14,882 nucleotides of DNA from a virus (taxonomy: Duplodnaviria > Heunggongvirae > Uroviricota > Caudoviricetes): the IMG/VR virus record IMGVR_UViG_2861069343_000006. The stretch is one strand, 5' to 3'. The translations under genes and the position numbers were made by a program. A model generated the notes under the pieces. It was not told the origin of the DNA, did no database searches, and saw only the letters and a list, made by a program, of their open reading frames with translations. Below, piece after piece: positions 1 to 8,579 of the stretch (position 1 is the stretch's first letter; each line of letters starts with the position of its first letter).

Positions 1-405
1 ATGGATCAGGTCGTTGTTTTTCAAAAGATGTTTGAGCAAGTGAGAAAAGAGCAAAACTTCTCCTGGTTTTATTCAGAATTAAAACATCACCGTATTGCAC
101 ATTACATTTATTATCTGGCTACGGATAACATCAGAATTATTACTCACGATGACACGGTTTTGTTATTAAGAGGAACCAGGAACCTGTTAAAAGTTAGTAC
201 GACCAAGAACCCTGCTAAAATAAAAGAGGCCGCATTGCTTCATATTTGCGGAAAATCTACATTTCGGGAATACTGTTCAACACTAGCAGGCGCGGGCGTT
301 TTCCGGTGGGTTACTGATGTTAATCATAACAAACGCAGTTACTACGCCATTGACAATACGCTTTTATATATTGAAGATGTAGAAAATAATAAACCATTAA
401 TCTAG
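1..405 (+). CDS. Small hypothetical protein, 134 aa (possibly the YcgX-like gene of the icd-locus flank)
   Basis: Complete ATG-initiated ORF starting at window position 1. Its length and its position beyond the IraM-like ORF and the icd fragment fit the E. coli order icdC-iraM-ycgX as I recall it. No motif recognised; assignment is by synteny and length only. Confidence 0.45.
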   Translation: MDQVVVFQKMFEQVRKEQNFSWFYSELKHHRIAHYIYYLATDNIRIITHDDTVLLLRGTRNLLKVSTTKNPAKIKEAALLHICGKSTFREYCSTLAGAGVFRWVTDVNHNKRSYYAIDNTLLYIEDVENNKPLI

Positions 406-609
406 CTAAAGTTGGATGCTTAAGAAATGCTTCATAATTCAGTAAGGCATTAGCATAATGGGAATAAAAGTACAGAGACTATCCCTATGGATGATAAATA
501 CTGTCCTTTTATTGCTACCCATAAATAATCACCATGCCAATACTATCAAATTGATATTTGAAATGTGATCACTTGACTTTCTATACGTTATTTTATAACG
601 GTTAATATA

Positions 610-643
610 TTTATAAAAACAACGGGTGTGCCATACGCCCGTT
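610..643 (-). terminator. Terminator-like GC hairpin followed by a T-tract on the minus strand (copy A of a ~50-bp repeat)
   Basis: AACGGGTGT-gccat-ACGCCCGTT stem-loop at 621-643; the preceding A-run at 610-620 gives the U-tract on the minus strand. About 85% identical to the hairpin immediately downstream of the icd fragment (1474-1522). Confidence 0.4.
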
Positions 644-1100
644 TCAATACTTAACGCACATGTGTTTTGGTTTAGTCATCATCCAGTTATATGTATTTTA
701 GCCAGGAACAGGTTAAACCTTTCCTATATAACTCAAAAATTGAAACCTTATTCTCATGTCATGCTTATATTCATTATTATCGTTATATAAAAAGGCAACC
801 ATAATGTTTAGCAAATTGGCACAAAGTAGCATAAAGGCTATGTTTTAATTACAGGATGTTCAGTCATTTGAATGTATAACATTATAGCTAAACAAATCTA
901 AAACGAAGTGAATAATTTATTGTTTTCTCTAAATCTCATTTTGTTTAACATCCATTGAGATTCCTTGCTTTAAATTTTGTTTTATATAAGCAATCGTTTT
1001 AATTAATTTATTTTTTGAAGGGGTAATATACTCATATGCAAAATAAAGAAATGAACATCCAAATGAACTATATTAAATACCGTGGGATAAGACATAACAA

Positions 1101-1424
1101 ATGAAGTGGATAGTAATTGACACGATAATTCAACCTTCATGCGGCATATCTTTTTCAGCCATATGGGGTAATATGAAAATGATCATCTGGTATCAATCTA
1201 CTATATTTCTCCCTCCTGGCAGTATATTTACACCGGTTAAATCTGGAATTATCCTTAAAGATAAAGAATATCCTATTACTATTTATAACATCGCACCATT
1301 CAACAAGGATTTATGGAGTCTACTCAAAAGCAGTCAAGAGTGTCCTCCAGGAGAAAGCAAAATAACAAATAAATGTTTGCATAATAGTTGCATTATAAAA
1401 ATATGCCCATATGGGCTCAAGTAA
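1101..1424 (+). CDS. iraM: IraM-like anti-adaptor protein (RssB inhibitor), 107 aa
   Basis: ATG-initiated 107-aa ORF ([23 protein letters not shown]...) matching my recollection of E. coli IraM/YcgW in length and N-terminal sequence. Sits next to the displaced icd fragment on the opposite strand, as at the K-12 icdC-iraM locus. Confidence 0.55.
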   Translation: MKWIVIDTIIQPSCGISFSAIWGNMKMIIWYQSTIFLPPGSIFTPVKSGIILKDKEYPITIYNIAPFNKDLWSLLKSSQECPPGESKITNKCLHNSCIIKICPYGLK

Positions 1425-1470
1425 AGGGTTTTATATAAATATGCTCGATATGCTATTAATAATACCTACA

Positions 1471-1503
1471 TAAATAAAACAACGGGCGTGTTATACGCCC
1501 GTT
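1471..1503 (-). terminator. Rho-independent terminator of the displaced icd 3' end (copy B of the repeat)
   Basis: AACGGGCGT-gttat-ACGCCCGTT hairpin at 1481-1503 with a T-tract on the minus strand (A-run 1471-1480 on plus), directly downstream of the icd stop codon at 1531-1533. Confidence 0.55.
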
Positions 1504-1530
1504 GCAATATTAAACACATGTAGTGATTAC

Positions 1531-1692
1531 ATGTTCTTGAGGATCGCATCACCAAATTCTGAACATTTCAGCAGTTTAGCGCCTTCCATCAGACGTTCGA
1601 AGTCATAGGTTACGGTCTTGGCATTGATTGCGCCTTCCATACCTTTAACAATCAGGTCTGCGGCTTCGGTCCAACCCATGTGGCGTAACAGT
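1531..1692 (-). pseudogene. icd: Isocitrate dehydrogenase 3'-terminal fragment (icdC-like), a relic of prophage integration into icd
   Basis: Minus-strand translation [53 protein letters not shown] matches the C-terminus of E. coli Icd. Similarity stops abruptly near 1692, with AT-rich non-coding DNA beyond. The e14 family is known to integrate into the icd 3' end and leave such a fragment. Confidence 0.8.
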
Positions 1693-2390
1693 ATATAAAA
1701 ACATTAAGTTCAAGTCATTGATATTTAATGATAAAAATTATTTTATTGTTTTTTTATTAGCCAAAATCAACTTTATTCAACCGTTTGATTTCATTGACGT
1801 TCGTTTTTATTTTGGGGAAAGGTTTTCTCTACCATTTATATCCAAATTACAAGTCTACATTTTATTAACATCTCAATACATGTGAGGCCTTGCAGACCTT
1901 TGTGAGACCTTATGTGTCTCTGTTTTGTCCCAACTTATGTTAAGAGGCACATAATTAAAAATAAGATAACGATGCCGCCAAGCAGTGCAAAACCTTGTTT
2001 ACTCCACGACTGTCTGCCCCATTATCTGCATACATAATTATCTTCCATAACTGAGATAAATGTCGGTTATGAGCGAACAACAGACGTTTAGTTTATGATG
2101 GCTGTGTCTATACATTAAACATAACATCCATTACCGGCACCGCTTATTAATTGCTATCTGATATTGTCACTAAAAAATAGGCATTCCCCGATATAATAAT
2201 CACAAAGAAGCTTTTGGTGCTGGCAATCGGTATACCTAATAGTGGACTGCGACTTTCCGGACTCGACAAGGATATATCAATGTATGAGCAGGAAAATTAG
2301 ACCGTGGTGCGTCATATGATGACTAAGCACGGATAACAGCTACTTAATTGAAACTATTGATTATATTACAGCCAGTGCCTTATAGGATGG

Positions 2391-3512
2391 TTAGTCATCA
2401 ACCGCGACTCCTGCACAATCATGGGCTATTGCCAGCAATTGTTTTTTAATTGCTTTAGCATCTACCGTCATATCTACTGTAGCAAAATGGATCTTATGTC
2501 CCTGAGTGACAACATACTCATTAAGCATATAGCCAACAGCTGGATGAAGTAGAAGACCAGCGGCATTGAGCGAAAGCGGATCCGTCTTGTTCTCCTGTGT
2601 TCTAAGGTAGGTATATAGCTGATAAATATAGCCATTACGTAGTGATTGCTCCCGATGCCAACCCTTTGTCAGAATCGAATTAAATTTGGTATCGATAATA
2701 ATACGCCGCTGGGCAGTCTTGTGTTCCAGAATAATGTCTGACTTCATTGTCGGGAAAATCTCTGCACTACCTGCACTTTGATCGCTCAACGCCCATTTCA
2801 GCTCTTTCCCTGCAGAGACCTGCCAAGTTGTTTTGGCAAGGTGTACACGATATAAGCCAGCGATACCTTTTTCAAATAGTCTTCTCATCCAGTAAAGGTT
2901 ATTTGAGGGCGCAGGTAAAAGATATTGGCCTTGATCTTCGGTCGGCATCAGCAGTTCAAAAGCTAATCGTGCGGCATCGACCATCGGTTTATCTGCGGCA
3001 TCATGGCGTCCAAAACGCCACACTGAGGGTAATTCGTGGGGGGCAGGATATCCTCCATTTATCCCCTCACGGCGAAGTGATATTGCCATAAAATGGCAAT
3101 CTGCCGCCAAAGACGGTTTCACTATGATTGAGGCCAGACGTTCTAACGCACAGCGAACATAGCGATTTCGGGGGGTGTTGAGGGTTATGTCTTGAAAATG
3201 GCAGGCAACCTGTCCCCGTTCCAGTAGTTGATGACTGGCAGTATACAGTATGTCAATGCGCCCTCTCACTCGGTTCAGGGCCGCATGACAAGTTTGGTAT
3301 CCCATATTTAAATTGCGACGTCGGCGCAGCGTAATCTCATGAAGGAGGATTGTCGCCACCAGGTCGGGGATTTCTGCTGGGTTATCTTCTACTGCGATCT
3401 GATTGCGCCCTAACTGACGAAACAGATCTGAAGCGTACAGCATCAGCATCCAGATATTTCGCATGGGAATACGTGATGCTGTATGTTGCTCACTCCCGGT
3501 TATTGTCGTCAT
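2391..3512 (-). CDS. mcrC: McrC-like subunit of a McrBC-type modification-dependent (type IV) restriction system
   Basis: 373-aa ORF with McrC-like blocks (IPMRNIWMLMLYA; DIILEHK...RIIIDTKFNSIL; YIYQLYTYL...GLLLHPAVG) comparable to E. coli McrC. Its start overlaps the stop of the upstream McrB-like gene (ATGA), indicating a translationally coupled operon. Confidence 0.85.
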   Translation of the reverse strand: MTTITGSEQHTASRIPMRNIWMLMLYASDLFRQLGRNQIAVEDNPAEIPDLVATILLHEITLRRRRNLNMGYQTCHAALNRVRGRIDILYTASHQLLERGQVACHFQDITLNTPRNRYVRCALERLASIIVKPSLAADCHFMAISLRREGINGGYPAPHELPSVWRFGRHDAADKPMVDAARLAFELLMPTEDQGQYLLPAPSNNLYWMRRLFEKGIAGLYRVHLAKTTWQVSAGKELKWALSDQSAGSAEIFPTMKSDIILEHKTAQRRIIIDTKFNSILTKGWHREQSLRNGYIYQLYTYLRTQENKTDPLSLNAAGLLLHPAVGYMLNEYVVTQGHKIHFATVDMTVDAKAIKKQLLAIAHDCAGVAVDD

Positions 3513-5491
3513 TTTGCTAATAACACTTTTCTGGCTTCATCGACTTTATTTGGAGCATCGAACCAATATTCGGCGAGCAAAGGGCAGATCTCTGTATCAA
3601 CGACTTGTTCATACCAAGCCTGGGCATCGTTGATTTTTTGGCCGATAGCTGGGGTGACATAGCTGTGACCGATACAAAACTGTGGTCCTAAGGTAACATC
3701 TTTTGCCAGCATATCGTTAAGTACCGTCAGTCGAGATTTGATGAATGCTAACATGTCAAAATCAATTGCGTAATTATAATTTACCCAGTTTCTCCACGCG
3801 TCATTAAAAGCTGGCTTTAGATCGATAAACGCGAAACGACGGCGCAGCGCTAGGTCAAGTAGTGCGAGTGAGCGGTCTGCAATATTCATCGTACCGATGA
3901 TATATAGATTCTCAGGAATGTATATTTTTTCATCATCATTTTTAGGATAGGAAAGAGATAATGCCTCAGTCGGCGTGCGTTTATCTGCTTCCATCAACGT
4001 GAGTGTTTCACCGAAGATTTGCGCCGGATTGCCACGATTAATCTCTTCAATTATCACCACATATTTCGAGGTAGGATTATTGACTGCAGTTTTGATTGCA
4101 TTTACAAAAGGTCCATCAATTAGCGTCAATTGCCCTTCTTTACCTGGACGCCAGCCGCGAATAAAGTCTTCGTAAGAGAGGTTCGGGTGAAATTGCACCG
4201 CGCTAATACGCTCAGGTGCTTTTTCTCCCATCAAGCAGTACGCCAGACGTCGCGCTAACCAGGTTTTTCCAGTTCCGGGTGGTCCTTGTAATATCAGGTT
4301 TTTCTTGTCGATCAGGCGCTGAAGTGTGAGTTGGATCTTAGCCTCTTCCAAGAAACAGCCATCCTGCACCAGATGACTGATGTCATAAGGAACGTGAGTG
4401 AGTTTTGGCAACGGCGCACTCTCTTCGACAGTTTCCTCAGTTATCGTCTGGGATTCATTTTTCTCAAAATTCAGGTATTCATAATTTCCGGACTCAAGGG
4501 ACTTTAACTCATCATCATTGCATAGTTTCTGTAGATAAAAGTAGATTGAGCTTGTAACTGTTTTGCTCTCAGGATGCTCTACCTTGAATACGTCCAAGTA
4601 GTTTTCTTCCAACTCCGAAGCAGTGAAATAAGGGCCATTTTTTTTCAGGCATAACGCCTTAATTTTATTCAGTAAAGAGGCTTTCCACGTTCTATTTGCC
4701 ACCTCATCTTTAGACTGGCTAAGATCTGTATTCCACGCTGATAAAGAAAGTTCTGGGAAAGAATGAACCGGATAGTTTGGTTGGGTAAAGACCTCGTTCA
4801 GCGCCCGCATAAGACTCAGGTAACTTTGTCCACTACAGCGACCTTTTGCCCCGTTTTTAATGATCTTAATGTTTAACACTGTCTGAATGTAATACTGCGA
4901 CTGGCTATCTAAAGTAGGGTAGAACCAAGGACGGGTCCAGTACAACCCCATGGTGAGATTCCAACCGACATTCATTACTGTAGAAGCAATGTCATATGCG
5001 GCAGTGAAGTCTGCAGAGTTAGTATTCTGGTTATCCGCAAAGGTCATTGCCTGCGAGAACATTTCCCACAAGCATTCAATGTCATTAGGGTCGCGTGACT
5101 TTTCATAACCAAAGAACCAAGATTTTTGGTTATTCAACAGCGGGATTCCGGCAAAGGAGTCAGGAATCGGTTCGTTCACGCCCAACAAATTCGCTAGCTT
5201 GGCAGCAATAATTTTGCGATTGCTGTCGGTCAAGTTACGATTGAACAAGCCCATAGTAGTAAACGGACAAATGTCTTTTAAGGGAAAGATCTCTCCCATA
5301 ATAGATTTGTCCTGCAGATGGGACATTCCTTCCACACCTGAGGCAATTAGATGAATACCTTTGACTAATTCATCTCTACGATTTCGCCAAGTCAGTAACG
5401 CGTTGGCAAAAGCCTCATAAAAACTAGCCCAAGCAAATTTGCCATCATGTTCTGCTGTATCCACGGGAACTCCATTATACTTGTTGAGCAA
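3509..5491 (-). CDS. mcrB: McrB-like GTPase (AAA+ family) with an extended, unrecognised N-terminal domain of about 390 aa
   Basis: The C-terminal ~265 aa are close to E. coli McrB: KKNLILQGPPGTGKTWLARRLAYCLMGEKAP, IIEEINRGN, IPENLYIIGTMNIADRSLALLDLALRRRFAFIDL. The first ~390 aa show no resemblance to the E. coli K-12 McrB N-domain. Start is uncertain: TTG at 5491 is the longest extension, GTG at 5464 has a weak upstream SD. Confidence 0.85.
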   Translation of the reverse strand: MLNKYNGVPVDTAEHDGKFAWASFYEAFANALLTWRNRRDELVKGIHLIASGVEGMSHLQDKSIMGEIFPLKDICPFTTMGLFNRNLTDSNRKIIAAKLANLLGVNEPIPDSFAGIPLLNNQKSWFFGYEKSRDPNDIECLWEMFSQAMTFADNQNTNSADFTAAYDIASTVMNVGWNLTMGLYWTRPWFYPTLDSQSQYYIQTVLNIKIIKNGAKGRCSGQSYLSLMRALNEVFTQPNYPVHSFPELSLSAWNTDLSQSKDEVANRTWKASLLNKIKALCLKKNGPYFTASELEENYLDVFKVEHPESKTVTSSIYFYLQKLCNDDELKSLESGNYEYLNFEKNESQTITEETVEESAPLPKLTHVPYDISHLVQDGCFLEEAKIQLTLQRLIDKKNLILQGPPGTGKTWLARRLAYCLMGEKAPERISAVQFHPNLSYEDFIRGWRPGKEGQLTLIDGPFVNAIKTAVNNPTSKYVVIIEEINRGNPAQIFGETLTLMEADKRTPTEALSLSYPKNDDEKIYIPENLYIIGTMNIADRSLALLDLALRRRFAFIDLKPAFNDAWRNWVNYNYAIDFDMLAFIKSRLTVLNDMLAKDVTLGPQFCIGHSYVTPAIGQKINDAQAWYEQVVDTEICPLLAEYWFDAPNKVDEARKVLLAK

Positions 5492-5814
5492 TGATAATTT
5501 ATCTGTGTGAGTTTTAACATATTACTATCAGTTATAGAAAAATTTAACTACCCGATACAGAGAGCGGCATGCTGAATTTGACCTGACTTGCTTCCAACTA
5601 ATTAAAATCAACTTATTTATCAATTGGTTATTTTGGCGCATAGCGGTCATCAAGGGAATATCGCGTTGTCATAAGGTGTCGAGGCTCGGAGGTTCAAATC
5701 CTCTCATGCAAAAAATAAATAAAATTAATGACGGTTGGAAATTATTCAATACATACACTCTCGAAAGTGCATCAGCCAACCGCAGCACGTCTTGCATACG
5801 GCGTGTCTGCAGTT

Positions 5815-6370
5815 TTATATAATCCTGGCTGGAAACCTCTTATACAAAGTAGATACACCAATATCATAGATGATCGCCACCTTCTGACGCGGGACTTTTG
5901 ATGCAATTAATCGCCCGGCCTGCGCCCATTGTTCTGATGTAAGTTTAGGACGACGTCCACCAATTCCTCCCTGTGCGCGAGCATCTTCCAGTCCAACTTT
6001 TGTCAGTCATCAATCAGTTCACGCTTCATTTCAACCAGGGCTCCATCACATGGAAAAATAAAAAAAACCATCGATGTTGACGTGTCAATGTTACCTGTCA
6101 GGCTACGGAAATCCCCCCCTTACCCGCAGCTACTCGGTAAGTATAATAAGATGTTTCCTGCTCCTTCCTAACCTGTCCAGTTTCCAGACAATTAAAGTAT
6201 CACCTTATATAAGAGACTGCAGAGCGCACTTTAACCTAGGTCGTTCTGAAATAGTTGCAGATTCGATTAATCAACGATTATACTCCCCGGCACTCCAGAG
6301 GATCTGGTAAACATAAAGTCAGAGCTTGGGTATACTGGCACACAAATGGCAGATCTTGCAGGTGCAGCCA
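5815..6370 (-). pseudogene. Serine recombinase (Pin/Hin/Gin-type DNA invertase) pseudogene with multiple frameshifts and stops
   Basis: Minus-strand translations in shifting frames give GDTLIVWKLDRLGRS, FFIFPCDGALVEMKRELIDD and GGIGGRRPKLTSEQWAQAGRLIASKVPRQKVAIIYDIGVSTLYKRFPA, collinear with Pin-family invertases. No continuous ORF of 60 aa or more exists, and the N-terminal region is not recoverable. Boundaries are approximate. Confidence 0.55.
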
Positions 6371-6505
6371 GTCATAGCCAGTGGCGAAAATACACGAGTG
6401 GTTCTGAGCCCCGCGCCATGTCATCACATATCTTGTTTTTTTATTGCTACCAATCTGACTTTGAGTACTAATGAGCTAGATAGAATTGTTGGTAATGACT
6501 CCAAC

Positions 6506-7009
6506 TTACTGATAGTGTTTTATGTTCAGATAATGCCCGATGACCTTGTCATGCAGCTCCACCGATTTTGAGAACGACAGTGACTTCCGTCCCAGCCTTG
6601 CCAGATGTTGTCTCAGATTCAGGTTATGTCGCTCAATGCGCTGAGTGTAACGCTTGCTGATAACGTGCAGCTTTCCCTTCAGGCGGGATTCATACAGCGG
6701 CCAGCCATCCGTCATCCATACCACGACCTCAAAGGCCGACAGCAGGCTCAGAAGACACTCCAGTGTGGCCAGAGTGCGTTCACCGAAGACGTGCGCCACA
6801 ACCGTCCTCCGTATCCTGTCATACGCGTAAAACAGCCAGCGCTGACGTGATTTAGCACCGACGTAGCCCCACTGTTCGTCCATTTCAGCGCAGACAATCA
6901 CATCACTGCCCGGTTGTATGCGCGAGGTTACCGACTGCGGCCTGAGTTTTTTAAGTGACGTAAAACCGTGTTGAGGCCAACGCCCATAATGCGTGCACTG
7001 GCGCGACAT
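6506..7009 (-). CDS. insB: IS1 transposase InsB
   Basis: 167-aa translation ([58 protein letters not shown]...) matches IS1 InsB nearly residue for residue. Confidence 0.9.
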   Translation of the reverse strand: MSRQCTHYGRWPQHGFTSLKKLRPQSVTSRIQPGSDVIVCAEMDEQWGYVGAKSRQRWLFYAYDRIRRTVVAHVFGERTLATLECLLSLLSAFEVVVWMTDGWPLYESRLKGKLHVISKRYTQRIERHNLNLRQHLARLGRKSLSFSKSVELHDKVIGHYLNIKHYQ

Positions 7010-7203
7010 CCGACGCCATTCATGGCCATATCAATGATTTTCTGGTGCGTACCGGGCTGAGAGGCGGTGTAAGTGAACTGTAGTTGCCATGTTTTACGGC
7101 AATGAGAGCAGAGATAGCGCTGATGCCCGGCAGTGCTTTTGCCGTTACGCACCACGCCTTCAGTAGCGGAGCAGGAAGGACATCTGATGGAAATGGAAGC
7201 CAC
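6928..7203 (-). CDS. insA: IS1 protein InsA
   Basis: 91-aa translation [58 protein letters not shown]... matches IS1 InsA. Confidence 0.9.
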   Translation of the reverse strand: MASISIRCPSCSATEGVVRNGKSTAGHQRYLCSHCRKTWQLQFTYTASQPGTHQKIIDMAMNGVGCRASARIMGVGLNTVLRHLKNSGRSR

Positions 7204-7253
7204 GCAAGCACCTTAAAATCACCATCATACACTAAATCAGTAAGTTGGCAGCA

Positions 7254-7742
7254 TTACCTTGTTAGTTTGTCTTTTGTGTTTACCTGATTCGGGTAAACGC
7301 CTTTACCTGATTTAGGTAAACTTTTCTTACCTGATTCAGGTAAATTTACCTCTTTCAGGTAAACTTTATTTTTCTTACCCGATTCGGGTAATGTTGACCA
7401 TTCACTGACCACATTATTGATGCCGATATTCCGCCCGCTCTGAATAAAAATCCCACGCTTTACCAGAACACTTTTTGCAGCAGAACACTTGTGCGGCAAT
7501 ATCCCGGTTAATTCGGAAAGTTGCTCGTTGCTAACCCAATCCAGTTTTTTATTAAAGCCATATGTTTTGCGCATGACAGCCAGAAAGACCAGAAGCTGGT
7601 GCTGTGTTAATCCGGCCAGCATCACAGCTTCCAGCAACTCATTTGCAATGCGCGTATAACCATCATCGAGATCTGCCACGCGCCGCTCCTTTTGTGCCAC
7701 ATCCGGCACAGGAAAATTGAATATCTCAGCAGTGTTTGCCAT
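7254..7742 (-). pseudogene. O: Lambda O-like replication initiator, N-terminal portion only, truncated by IS1
   Basis: From ATG at 7742 (SD GGGAGGA upstream): MANTAEIFNFPVPDVAQKERRVADLDDGYTRIANELLEA...LLVFLAVMRKTYGFNKKLDWVSNEQLSELTGIL parallels the lambda O N-terminal domain. The frame runs through the iteron array and ends with a stop inside the IS1 terminal repeat. The C-terminal P-interacting domain is absent. Confidence 0.75.
7280..7391. repeat. Five ~18-bp dyad-symmetric iterons (consensus TTACCTGATTCAGGTAAA), an ori-like array inside the O-like gene
   Basis: Copies at 7280-7297, 7303-7320, 7327-7344, 7346-7363 and 7374-7391, each TTACC-N7/8-GGTAA, spaced about 19-24 bp apart within the O-like reading frame. 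This mirrors lambda-type origins, which lie inside O. The flanking AT-rich portion is cut off by IS1. Confidence 0.6.
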
Positions 7743-7828
7743 AATTCCTCCCGCAATGAGTGTGTTACGATTTGCACCTGAAAGTCGGTTCTGTTCCCGC
7801 AGACCGACTTTCGCCATTTCTGAACCTG

Positions 7829-8368
7829 TCATATTGCCCCCAGCATGGTGGTGACCATCGCCATCAATGGACCAGCCAGATCCGGGTCCACTCGAAACAT
7901 CGACACAATGCCTTCACTCATCTCCTTCAGTTTCTGGTGGCGTGGTGCGTTGAGAATGACCGCCTGCTTTGCCTCACAGAGTTCCTTTTCCATTTCAGCC
8001 AGCCGAGCCATGAAGCTATCCTGCTCAACCAGGTGGCCGCGATATTCCAGCGGTAGTACCGCCAGAATTGCCGGGGTCAGTTCACGCACGTTATTTCGGT
8101 ATTTTTCAGAATCGAATTTGTTATCGAGGAAGCGGAACAGCTTCTGGCGTGCACGGCTGACATCATCAGGGAAATCGATAGTGCCGCCGCCCTGCTCCCG
8201 ATACTCATTCACAATGAGTGTGGCAACGACATCCTGATTATCTTCAGCCGACCAGGCGCGGACGGCATCACGGATTTTTTCGTGGCCTGGCACCTGTTTT
8301 GTTTGAGAACGATTTATCACCGCAGTCGGGCTAAATCCGCTAGTCTGTTGGTATGTAAGTAGTTGCAT
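7829..8368 (-). CDS. YdaT-like prophage protein (Rac ydaT family), 179 aa
   Basis: ATG at 8368 preceded by AAGGAG. Segments NEYREQGGG...RQKLFRFL...LTPAILAVLPLEYRGHL resemble my recollection of Rac YdaT. It sits immediately upstream of the O-like gene, as ydaT precedes ydaU in Rac. Confidence 0.5.
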   Translation of the reverse strand: MQLLTYQQTSGFSPTAVINRSQTKQVPGHEKIRDAVRAWSAEDNQDVVATLIVNEYREQGGGTIDFPDDVSRARQKLFRFLDNKFDSEKYRNNVRELTPAILAVLPLEYRGHLVEQDSFMARLAEMEKELCEAKQAVILNAPRHQKLKEMSEGIVSMFRVDPDLAGPLMAMVTTMLGAI

Positions 8369-8579
8369 AATTGACTCCTTTAGTTTGAATTGACTGTTAA
8401 GTTGATTGCTTATTGTTAAAGAGCGTGAAATGGAAATTTAAGCTGCGTTCTTTTCGGTGTGTGGAAACAACTTCGGAAGATCCGGGCGAATCTGGTATGC
8501 CTTCACTACTCCACCAGTAGCCGTAACAATGCTGCCGACATGTTCAGGGGATACCTTTGCTTTGTTGTGAAGCCACTTA

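Larger units (their letters stand above)
6491..7258 (-). mobile_element. IS1 insertion sequence (768 bp) with imperfect terminal inverted repeats
   Basis: Ends GGTAATGACTCCAACTTACTGAT (6491-) and ATCAGTAAGTTGGCAGCATTACC (-7258) are the IS1 inverted repeats. InsA and InsB are encoded internally on the minus strand. The 9 bp flanking each end (AGAATTGTT vs TTGTTAGTT) are not a direct repeat. Confidence 0.9.

Noticed and set aside
930-1000. TGTTTA-like half-sites upstream of the iraM-like gene, considered as a PhoP box
   Set aside because: I could not find two hexamers in direct repeat with the canonical 5-bp spacing. In AT-rich DNA such half-sites occur by chance.
2747-4175. Plus-strand ORFs 2747-3091 and 3975-4175 inside the mcrBC region
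   Set aside because: Antisense to strongly supported McrB/McrC coding sequence, with no recognisable features. Treated as shadow ORFs.
5688-5712. tRNA-like T-arm (GGAGG-TTCAAAT-CCTCT) followed by a possible 3' acceptor strand
   Set aside because: No complementary 5' acceptor strand, D-arm or anticodon arm could be built from the upstream 70 nt, and there is no CCA. At most it is a relic fragment, not a tRNA gene.
6074-7287. ORFs 6074-6310, 6326-6571, 6605-6850 (plus strand), 7020-7232 (minus strand) and 7084-7287 (plus strand)
   Set aside because: They overlap the recombinase pseudogene or IS1 coding sequence and have no recognisable features or convincing starts.
7280-7391. Repeat array considered as a possible CRISPR array
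   Set aside because: Repeats are 18-bp palindromes separated by only 4-6 bp, and lie within a replication-initiator reading frame. This is an iteron and origin architecture, not repeat-spacer.
7743-7832. Upstream extension of the O-like ORF (MTGSEMAKVGLREQ...)
   Set aside because: The lambda-O-like sequence begins at the internal ATG at 7742, which has a good SD. The extension merely reflects absence of an in-frame stop and overlaps the end of the YdaT-like gene.
7760-8237. Plus-strand ORFs 7760-8056 and 7845-8237 opposite the YdaT-like gene
   Set aside because: Antisense to a better-supported gene; the compositions (Ser/Arg-rich) are typical of shadow frames.
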